This document shows, one piece after another, positions 46,601-56,900 of a stretch of DNA of 60,604 nt. A model generated the notes under the pieces. The model was not told where the DNA came from. It saw only the letters and a program-made list of their open reading frames with translations, and ran no database searches. A program made the translations under genes and the position numbers. The stretch comes from Phoronis australis. Taxonomy: Eukaryota > Animalia > Phoronida. The DNA is taken from the NCBI GenBank assembly GCA_002633005.1, contig NMRA01000714.1:125634-186237 (forward strand). The letters run 5' to 3'. The first letter of the stretch is position 1. Each line of letters starts with the position of its first letter.

Positions 46601-49061
46601 CATTTACTTTAATAGTTTTTAAATTAAAAGTCGTTACTTATGATTTTGACCAACTTTTCCTTTCTAAAGAAACAGCTTTTAGAGGTAAGACGTACATTTA
46701 TCGCTGAGTGCGGTGTAGCGTATTTAAATGTATTACATTTAGAAGTTGGTATTTTTGTAACTGATGAATATTTTACGAACGAAGGGTTTGTCCGAAGAGG
46801 TAAGGACTGTACAAATTACTTGAAAGTTCATTCATCTGCCTGATGTAGTGATAGCAATGCTTGTTAAAACTCCGTTGGTACCGACGTCTTGCCTGCATAC
46901 GTTAATGAGTTTTCTTCACGCAAACACGGGTATACGTATTGTACATCCACCGCGAAGCCCGAGGACTTTTTTGTTGCGCATCTTGCCACTTTCATGAGAC
47001 TACTTCGATTCCATTTGCCGTTGCAGGCTGTGGGGGCCGGGTCACCATACAAGATGGCAGTAGCCCATATATAGGCTTTAAGAAACGGGCAACAAAATAT
47101 TTAAAATTTCATTTATTTTCAGTTGTAATCCGACCTAAATGTGCTGTGCTATCGACTGCTTCAAAATTCGTATCTTCACTGCATCCCATTCCAAATTTAT
47201 GAATTTTTTTGTGCAAATGTTTTTTTTTTTTGGTTTTCCCGTTTCTATGAAAACCCGCAAAAATACAAATGAATGTTGCATTTTATCCTGTTTAGCTGGC
47301 TAAAAACACACAAACAGAATTAGATCTGCAACTCTTATAAAATCGCAATCACAATTTTCCTTAGGATGTTAGGACTTGTTTTCTGTTGTCAAAAGAACAT
47401 GCAACCCTCAACAGGTCAAGTAATACGTCGGAAAATCGTCGATCTTATTGGGGCTCCCCTACCGTAAAATTCAAAAATGGCGCTCTTAGAGTAAATTCTA
47501 TTCGCTTCTTTAGAATGACGTCATTTTTACATTTTGGACTAAGTCGAATAATGTTAAACTGCTAAATTAAAAAATAACAATAACAATTAGGCCAGATTCA
47601 CGTACAACTGTAAAGTACCGCTAAGAAAATCATTACCTGAGTATGGACCTGGTCAATCTTAGTCCTTCTTAGCTTCCCGGGACCACGTGCAATGGGTGCA
47701 ACCGTAGTCCGATCACACTGATTAATCCAGATCCACAATTTTGTATAAAAATCTCAAGTGCTAAATTGCCCCCATGGTTACATGAATCGAAAAATTCCAA
47801 CCCTGCAAAGCTTTGGAAAATATGATGCTACTGTACAGTGTAATTCTGTTCTTATTCGTGTGTCCAAATTGCGTCACAATAGTGACAAACACGTCATCGC
47901 TAAACAACCGAATTCAACTTAAATCAACCACGTGGCGCAACAATTACCTACATGTATTCCCGCAGATAAGCATTTGGTTTTGGCTCGTCAGTTAAGAACT
48001 CGAATTATGCTTACTGTGACAGGCAAACAGGACGGAATGCACCTTCAACTGTAAAAAATGGCCTCTTTGAGTACGTACTGTATGAAGATGTGCACAATTT
48101 TATAAAGTTTGATCTGATTGTCCTGGAAAATGTAATTTCTTGTTACATGTTGAACTTTTATTGTCAAATTGTGAACAAGCTTGTTAAGACTTCTCAAAGG
48201 ATAAAGTCGACTATTTTATCCGTTTTTCAGAAAGTGTCGATAGTGACACGGAACCCAACTACGTGCCTTTACTAAGGGACTCGGCAGCTATTACGGAATC
48301 GTTTCTAGGTAAGCTCTTTTGAAGACCTTTGTTAAAGATATCATCCCCTTCATTTCAGGTAAAAACTTCACAAGTTTTAACGAAAAGCACTTTAACCAAA
48401 ATCTGTTCGCCGCGTGACGTTTATTATTTTTAAAGTAAACAAAATATACAATTTTGAGGATATTGGTTGAATTTCTGGCATGGCACCAACAAAATGGCCG
48501 CCACGGTTAAATGACTCTGAGCTTAATAATGGATAGTAGAAAGAAAACGCAGGTAGGCCTGCATACAGTGGTTTGTTTTTAGAGAAATTGTTTGATTGAT
48601 GTGAGACACAATCTTCATAATGAACTCAGGTGCAAGCCAAAGAAGTGGTATCCACATTGTGACTATTGTCCTCAGAGAGGAAACGTTACTTTAAGAAAGT
48701 GCTGCTGTAGACAATTTGACGATGTGTGCTACGAGATATGTACACCGTCGTGTAATTGTTTGTGAACCAAACGCAGTCAAAATTATGTTTCTGTGTGCAA
48801 AGTAATGTGATTGGTTGCTGTATGACTACTTGTATTTCAAATCATATCCGTATCCTGTTTTCAGCACGTCTTTCGAGCGGTAAAGAGGAGAGACTACTGA
48901 CAGTAAATATGGCGCGCAGGAGGTCTTCCATTACGCCGGGTTCAGGCAGACGAATGTCTATCAAGGAAACTAGCAAAATAAAGAATTTTAATTCTGGAAA
49001 ACTCAGTCCAACTGCGGAGAGGCGATCATCGAAAAGTAAAGCTGTCAAAATCCGAGACTAA
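37639..49061 (+). CDS. Uncharacterised CXorf65/C22orf15-like protein, 167 aa, 5 coding exons
   Basis: Exons 37639-37663, 42380-42466, 44994-45110, 48231-48308, 48865-49061 (504 nt, all introns phase 1, GT-AG). Protein: MYIVVKFGDQETALFNPYCRTVSLLADIKQRCHCKEEVDVELSDETGNVKNLRDSPTRYANELLEERGTFVLLRVEKSVDSDTEPNYVPLLRDSAAITESFLARLSSGKEERLLTVNMARRRSSITPGSGRRMSIKETSKIKNFNSGKLSPTAERRSSKSKAVKIRD. The KxG..N..C / DETG / VPLL pattern matches my recollection of the CXorf65 family. Confidence 0.85.
42380..42466 (+). CDS. CXorf65-like exon 2 (QETALFNPYCRTVSLLADIKQRCHCKEE)
   Basis: tttag/gtacgt, phase 1-1. Confidence 0.87.
43632..43823. repeat. 23-bp minisatellite (actacatgtatatccgaccagtr) running into a gap
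   Basis: Direct inspection. Confidence 0.95.
44489..44750. repeat. 42-bp minisatellite, ~6 copies, emerging from the gap
   Basis: aggataacaatcaacatactgacctggactaaagactataay. Confidence 0.95.
44994..45110 (+). CDS. CXorf65-like exon 3 (DVELSDETGNVKNL...FVLLRVE)
   Basis: tacag/gtaagc, phase 1-1. Confidence 0.88.
48231..48308 (+). CDS. CXorf65-like exon 4 (SVDSDTEPNYVPLLRDSAAITESFL)
   Basis: ttcag/gtaagc, phase 1-1. Confidence 0.85.
48865..49061 (+). CDS. CXorf65-like terminal exon (basic, Ser-rich tail)
   Basis: ttcag acceptor; TAA at 49059-49061. Confidence 0.82.
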
Positions 49062-49610
49062 CACTGACTGCTTAGCATCGTCATCTATTGCTCAGTAAGC
49101 TAAGCCTTTCTGAAGCAAGAGGCACAAAGTGTTAGACTTTCCGTGCTCCAAGACGCGTGCCGCTATTCTATGCTTTTGATTATCAGTCTCTGAAACTGAA
49201 AAATGCCAAAGTTCGGAAACGTCTTTTTTAAAACATTTCATTTTTCTTATAAATTTGTTTATTGGGTGCTTGTAAAAAGGACTGGTATTCTAGAATGACG
49301 GCCGACCCTTTCAAAAGATGTGTACGGTTCGCTGCAAGTGTTGAAAGAAATTTTAACTTGAAACCACGTTTTATGTGACATGAATAGACTACTGAAAGGA
49401 ATGTATAGAGACATGTTATCGTACTGGATATGATAAAACTATTCCAATTGCCAATATCTTCTTTATTTGTTGATGCCTCACTACTTTCATTCCAAAAGGT
49501 GTCGCTTAGATTTTTTCTAGTTACCATGATCCGAGTGTGACATATGGGACAAAACATGATTCAAATTAAACCAAATTTTCGTATTCCTACATCGAAAAGA
49601 ATCATGGTCT

Positions 49611-49748
49611 TTGATCAGGGTACAAAAAGTCTCCAAAGCCGCGTGTTCCTGCGCTTTTAATCGCGTGTCAGATTTCCCAGGGACCGTGATTATTTTTATA
49701 GAGTGCAGTAAAGGGCACGCGGCCTGGAGGATTTTTGTACCGGATCAA
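49611..49748. repeat. Imperfect inverted repeat (palindromic MITE-like)
   Basis: ttgatcagggtacaaaaagtctcca..gccgcgtg / cacgcggc..tggaggatttttgtaccggatcaa. Confidence 0.7.
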
Positions 49749-50740
49749 TTATTTTGTTGAATTCGAATTTTAGCCACCTTATACGCCAAACTCGGGTACA
49801 GCAGCACTTTAAATTGTCTCATTTTTCTCATATTTCTCATAATGTTTCGGATACAAAAGATTTGTTCACTGTTGCTCAGCGATTTTACTAGCACCGTCCC
49901 GGATCATTACACGGCGATAGCACTTTCCTTTGTTCCGGATATCCAGGGCCGTAGGAAGCGGGGGGGGCGGGGGGGCACGGGCCCCCCAAAAATTTTCAGG
50001 CGTCTGGGTTAAACCGTGGCAACCGACATAGGCGTGGTGCCGGGGACAGTCGGGAAAAGAAAGACTGCGAAAACGGATAAGAGAAAATTCAAGAGAACAT
50101 TTAACAAATCTGCATCAGTGCTTGGTTTACCTTTTGAGGACCCTGGCCACGACACTGTCGTTATGATCTTCGCAGCTTTTGCGGAGCGTACTAATTTACT
50201 GGATGTTTAAATTCAATAAGTCAATTTTGCGAATGCAAAACTATTTTTCTAGAGGCTCCTCTCTGGCAAGGGATAACCTGGACAACTTTCCCTTTATTTT
50301 TTTATCGATACTGTGTATCACTTGAGAAAAATTGATGTCCTGACAGATAACATCAATCGCTGCGCATTTTCTGATATTTGAAAATATAGACACTTCCATA
50401 CTTAGGGGCCCCGCCCTTGAAGGAGGCCATTGATGACATTCAAGTGGCCACCTTTTTGTGTTTTTATTGACAAATTTTTACGGGGCTGCTCACGGAGAGA
50501 GGGCCCAATGTTGGAATCGATTACCTCTGTTTTCTTGTTTATTGTGAAATCGTGTTTTTATGTTGAAGGAGGTCACTTCCTGCATCGTTTTGGGAGCACA
50601 CGACGGTGGAATGAATTGTCACTTTTTTCCAAGCTTAATAATGTTTAGCTTTTCATCTTAAGGTGTCCCATTTCAGACGGTGCCCTCACTCGGTGTAGCA
50701 GTTCGGGGTAAATGTCCCTTTGTCTCTCCATGTACATGTA

Positions 50741-51006
50741 TATCTGCGCGTGCAGGACAGGTGTACACAGGCACTATGTCTGCGCGTGAAGGACAGGTGT
50801 ACACAGGCACTATGTCTGCGCGTGCAGGACAGGTGTACACAGGCACTATGTCTGCGCGTGCAGGACAGGTGTACACAGGCACTATGTCTGCGCGTGCAGG
50901 ACAAGTTTACACAGGCACTATGTCTGCGCGTGCGGGACAGGTGTACACAGGCACTATGTCTGCGCGTGCGGGACAGGTGTTCACAGGCACTATGTCTGCG
51001 CGTGCA
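50741..51006. repeat. 36-bp minisatellite, ~7.5 copies
   Basis: tatgtctgcgcgtgcaggacaggtgtacacaggcac. Confidence 0.95.
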
Positions 51007-51041
51007 CGACACGTGTACATAATCAATTATGGTTGATAAAA

Positions 51042-51047
51042 TTTATT
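51042..51047 (-). terminator. Candidate polyadenylation signal of the pLGIC gene (would imply a ~2.6 kb 3' UTR)
   Basis: TTTATT on plus = AATAAA on minus, at the edge of largely unique sequence next to the 36-bp minisatellite. Confidence 0.3.
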
Positions 51048-53675
51048 ACAAATGATTCTTTAAAAAAGATTAATTTCGACTATTTCGACATGTTATAAGA
51101 TGTTGATAAGAATTAATGTTAACGAATGGTGTAATGTAAGATCTAAGTTTTTTCATCAGCCCTAGTAATTTATACGAATTCTTGTCACTGACCAAAAACG
51201 ATCCTATGAATAATGCTGTAAACAATGATCAGACTGATAAATGTGAACGATGATCAGACTCATCAGAATTCATATCAATCAAAATAGTGGTGCACGAGTT
51301 TTACACAAGCATTACTTATTCTAAGTTTAGAAAATATGATTAAGACAGTGACAGAAGAAGACCAACAGTACACAGTGTCTCACGTAAACTTGTTTCGGCG
51401 TGAAAGTAAGCAAACACATATTATTTAAGTGGCTGTGACTGTACAGTGTATTTCTAGCTAAGCACGTTCACAAACAAACACTTTCGCAATTTGTTACATA
51501 ATATGAAAACAGTTATCGAAAATATCACATATTTTAACATTAAAAACACGGTCTACCAAACGTGAGGCCAATCTCCTGGCCGGAAGTTTCTTTCAACGAA
51601 AGCTGGTCAAACAAAAGGCTATCACATCACAAAAATGATTCAAATACACCACACGTGCACTTGTGTTGTGCTTACGTTCTCGAGTTACCATAGCCGGGGT
51701 ATTACGGTGTAAAGGAAAGAAGTTGGGAAGTAATGAAACTCCAAGAAATAGTGCCTAATAGATAAAAAGCTTAAGTCGAGAGATGAATAGCAATAATCTC
51801 GTTTCAAAATACAGCTCCACCATAACAATTTCAATTCTGCGGTTTTTACCCGAAGAGGTGTGCACTACCCCTCGCACGTTTTAACCTCGTTTTGGTGCGC
51901 CTTGTGGTTAATACGATGGCGATAGTCAGCTACAGGTGTCCCGCATATTGAGAACCAATTGGATGGACTCTTTTCAGTGGAGAATACGGGACCCTCATGT
52001 GACTACATGTATATGATCCTAAAAGACAGTCAGATCCAACAGAAAGTCAATAAATGGTAAATACACAAGAGCGAGAACGTTCACTACGAGAGATATTTAG
52101 CCGATTTGAAAGCGAACGACTCCAGGCACATGTTAACTAACAAGTAGACCCATTCACCGCAGCTCCATCTCGTGGAAGCATCATGAAACGCTGATGAGCA
52201 GTTTCATTGCGTTTCACAAGTCGCTTCAATATCGAAAATTTAAAGCGACAACAAACCCGAGTTACGTCCCAGAAGCGAACTTTTTCCTTAGATCACTTTC
52301 TGTGAATAAATTGGTTGGTCTTAACTTGTCCCTATCTAACAAGATATGTGATTTCTAGGTTTACAAAGAACGTGCAGTACGGTGCATAACTATGAGTCGC
52401 CGTGACACGCTTAACTTGTAGAACATGGTATTTACGCCACTGAATTTGACCAACTTCATCACGGTAAGTGGTATAAATAAAACTTTTGTGATGCAAGGCG
52501 GGTTTATAGATGCTTTAAATCCGAGTCAAAACGACAAATTTACACAAATGTATAAGCAACGATCTGTGGAATGTAGAGAGGAGAATGTCAAGGTTGCAGC
52601 GTGCTGCTGTTTCGTTTAGGTCTCATACATCACAAATTAGATAATGTCGATTGTGCGGATCTCGACTTTGAGATAACGAATCGAGCCGAACATTCAAGCC
52701 GCTCGAATCAGCAAACTTCACTCGATCCGTACTGCACATCGCCCTATGTCCATATAAAGTTGGAGAAGCAACCTGGCCGTATTGCGTCTCCGCTCACGGC
52801 ATTGCACGTGGCTTTAATGGCACCGTATTAACCACCAACGTTAAAACATTCCGTTCAATAGCTGCGTTACATCAAAGTGGCATCCCTCCATCACAGTAAT
52901 GACTTACACGAATTTGTTAACTGTGAACACCTCACAAGGAACTGTCTGAATGATAAAAGCATTAAAAGCGTTGTAAGTTCCAGCATCATATCCATCAGGG
53001 ATAACATGTCCTCACCGGATACCTGGAGAGGTCATCGTCTCTAAAACGTCATCCAAGTGGTCCTAATAAATTTGCTTTAGCCCTTCCAGTACATTTCCAC
53101 GCGGCAAACAACAAGACACAAATTGGGTATAACTAAATCGTATAAAATATGGTGTGACCTCATCAATGGCGTCGTCAAACAATGAGTACATGAAATCACC
53201 AGCAAAGGACGTCTTTGATTTGTCTCGCAACGTTGTTGATGATGTCACTTGGTTGGTTCACTGAGTAGATTGCGGTTTTAGCGACTCAGTTAAACTTGCA
53301 GAGCATGACGAAATATTGTAAAATTAACTTCGGTACCCCTTCGCACTTAGTGCATATAAAAAGCAAGCTAAAAGTGGTACTTGCATGCTATTTCCTTATC
53401 TCTGTGATTGCTTGGTCAAACTAGTTAGAAACACAAGTTATAGCGACGATATGAGTATGAAGTAAGTTGAAAATTACCAAATGTTTTTAAAAACGAGATG
53501 TGTGTCGAAAATGATCCACCCGCAAGCAGTGACAGTTGGATAGTTCAAAGGCTTTGACCGCTATTCTAGTTGCAGTCGAAATCTCAGAATACAAAAAATC
53601 GAGATTAATCGCCCGCACACCACCAACCATAAAAATCACAGAAAAGCTTATCGATACAAAATCCTTCTCAGGACA

Positions 53676-53927
53676 TCAGAGTCTAATCGTCACAACTTCT
53701 GGGTCCAACACCGTGGATTCCGGCGAGATCTTTTCCTGCGATCGTCCTCTCCCAAATCTTTTGTCCGACTCGGCAGACGGTGCACGTGCTAAGTTTAACT
53801 CTAAAGTCATGAACGTACTAGTAACATTCTGAAGCTCTCGTCTCAGGCTCTGCTGGTCCTGAACTTTTCTCATCTGTTGCAAGTATTCTACGTCCTTTGT
53901 CGTTAGTTGTCTTCTTTTCTTGTACAC
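53676..53927 (-). CDS. pLGIC terminal coding exon (post-M4 tail VYKKRR...TIRL*)
   Basis: tctag acceptor on minus; open frame to TGA. Confidence 0.78.
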   Translation of the reverse strand: MYKKRRQLTTKDVEYLQQMRKVQDQQSLRRELQNVTSTFMTLELNLARAPSAESDKRFGRGRSQEKISPESTVLDPEVVTIRL

Positions 53928-56900
53928 CTAGATGTATTTTGAGGTAGTATTTGAGAACGTTTTGTTACCAGCATGTCCTGTTAAATGAATTCTAAGCCCT
54001 GTTTTTTGGTGCTTTCACTTATTACATTACTCAAGTATTACCTCGACTCCGAGAAAAGTCAGCAGCAGCTTTTCCACATGGTGTCGCAAAAAAGAATCGT
54101 TTGGTTTGGCCTGAGCAACATTTCCCCACAGATATCGATAAACTCTCACGAAACGTTCCTCACGTTTGCCGAGTTAGCGGGCATTTTAGGGTTGATGAGG
54201 CTTGCATAGCATTACTTTCCCAAGGATCTAGAGGTAGTTAATATTTATAATAGGCTAAAATAGGGCGTAGTAGTCTTTTAAACAGGATACTGCAGCGCCC
54301 CTAATTTTGGCTCTACATTGTACCGCGCAAGCTGTCAAACCGACAAAACCCTCCTCATAAAGGTTCGTGTTTAAATTCATTTTGTTCATCATTGGTTTGA
54401 GCAGAGGTCTCTTGGAAAAGATAAGGGTTTCGGGCCATTATTTACATATAATATAATTCCACGTGATACGAAATGAAGAAAAGGTGACCTACGAGTCATT
54501 GAAAGACGACAACCAGAATTCTGGCAGTTTGTGCCACAGTCTGTGAAGACAATTATTGACTTTCAATGAGGTCAATATGTTGTTTATTAGACCTCTAAAA
54601 TGTAATGGTGACAGCAAAAAGGCGAAACGTTGATTCTCAATCAAAAGGAATGAATGCAGAAACAGGGCTTCTGGGTAACCAAAGATTGGGCGTACGAATC
54701 CGAGGAGCAAGAAAACAACTGAGATTTCTCGTTGTCGAACAGTGTAGAGATAGCTAAAATTAACTATGACAAGCTTTACATATGAAACGACGAGACAGGA
54801 AGATTGAAGGAACTCGAGGGCAAATGTAAAGGTGCGTCCTACATCAACCATTGGCAAGCAAATGGTACAGTACCCGAGAAACCGTACAAGGCAAAACTGA
54901 GTACTCGTGATAATCAGAGAGAACTTGACAGTTCGAATGCCAACTGTGGGTGTGGCTTTTTGTTAAGAAAAATCTGCAACTTAAGGAAATTGATTCAAGC
55001 TCAGGTGATGTTATTTTACTGGAAGAATATGTATTGCTGAGCTTTGTCGTGTATGCTTCATCACAGTGGTTAAGCATTCGTTCAGACGATTATGTGTTTG
55101 CATGTATTGTCAGACATTGTTAAATTTAGCAGTTGCTGTCCTGAATTTGATCTACTAAATTTTTGTAATGAATTATCTCATTCGTTAGTGATGACGGTTT
55201 CTTGTAGAGGACAAGTTCCTGGAGTGACTTAACGTTTATCAAGCTAAGTCTCGAGGCAAGGAATGCGATGATTATGGTCAAGAATTACTATACTGTACAT
55301 GTACTTGTGTAAATTACACAAATACGTATTGTAAATGAAAGACAAAAGATCGGTAGTGAACCGGTAACCACGAGTATAGTGCTGTTGATATTCTGGTCAA
55401 ATATTTGATTTTCTGCACCGTTTTTTGACTTGCGAATGCGCAAGATATTTTTGTGGCCACGGAGTCCAGACCCATTACAGTAACAACTTCAGTAGAAATA
55501 CGTAAAGGTAAGTGGCCTCGTTTTGATTTTGTTTTTCTGACAATGAGGGGGAAATGTTGGCATTCTATAGGAAACAAATTTCTGACTTCAAAAATCTAAT
55601 TGACTTACGGTAATGTAAATGTAGAATGCGTAAGTGATGTTGTAAATTGCGTAGCAACTGACGAAGACTCCAAGGGCGACGTTCTGTACTCCCACAGCGA
55701 TGTCACGTGACAACAATGACGAGAAGGCGTGCCAAATGCAAATGAAGACCATGACTAACGTTGACACGTAGGTGTATTGATCCTGCACAACATTTGGAGG
55801 ATTAATGTCTGTAAATTGTGTTAAGTGTAGCTATAACCCTGTGTTGGGTCAGAGAAATTAACGTTTAGATTTACACTACCTTTCCGCTACAAAACTGGCA
55901 TGCGTTCAGTAACGCTAGAACCTGCGCTAGGACTTAGCTAAAATCTCGTCAAAGTCACGTGTTCTTATTTAAAATACACGGCAATGTCTCCCGCAATCTC
56001 GCGAAGTCTTGCTTTTTAGCGAAGTCCTAGCGTTACTGAACGGGAGGCTGGTCTCGACTTGTTCAGATGAGAAGTCGGGTTTCTGTGCGTGGAAATAATT
56101 GATAGTCGTTGTTGCGTTAGACCATGCTTGAAGCATCAAATGACTCTCCGTGACATTAAGCACTTTGTAGCGCCTGACTCAAGCACAGACAAACTACCAG
56201 ATGTTTTCAGGTCAAGAAGTTATCTCTAATTGGCTAGGAGAAAAATGATGCCAATTTCATAATGGTAAGTCAAAATTTAGTTTTGTGACGGAAGGCGGGC
56301 ACATAGTTGCTTTAACTTGCCGTCAAGGCTCTCAAATGGACCACTGGAATTTACAAGAGGTTTACAGACGTTAACAGGCCAAAAATCACCAAGCATGTTT
56401 CAAAAGGTTATGCGGTACTTCAAAATGATTTTTGCTTTGCCATAGAATGCGTGTTGATGTTGTGGTCAACCCTCATTCGAGTCATTGAAGGCAAGTTTTC
56501 AAGACGTAGTTGTTGCTTGAGTCAAAGTCGTAAAAAGTCTGACGTCTGCGTTACAGCGTATTAATCTGTGGCCGGTTGCATGAAACGATCCCAAATAGGG
56601 ACTCATCAAAGTTCTCTAAATTTACTGCTTATGTGTGAAAGTGTGAAACACTGATTATCCTTTTTATGCTGTATGAGTCTCTACAACCAAGTCAATTTTT
56701 AACTTTTATCCAAATTGCGAGTGAAGTATACGTTGAATTCTCAGCATTATTGAAAATAAGTAGGTATCTTTTCATGCAACCCCTCTAATTTAAGGACTAA
56801 GTTCCTCAATAATTTTGACTTAAGTAAGGGTTCAGTGTTAGTTATATTGTTATTAGAGAATGTCATTGGTCAAAGAGGAGTTCCTAATAAAGATAAAATG

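Noticed and set aside
49944-50690. MITE starting CAGGGCCGTAGG with G-rich runs
   Set aside because: No matching right terminus or TSD could be identified, so boundaries are unsupported.
52183-52218. CTGATGAG with nearby GAAAC, hammerhead-like (also CTGATGA...GAAAC at ~45009)
   Set aside because: Spacing and stems do not fit a hammerhead core; the second instance is ordinary coding sequence (SDETGN).
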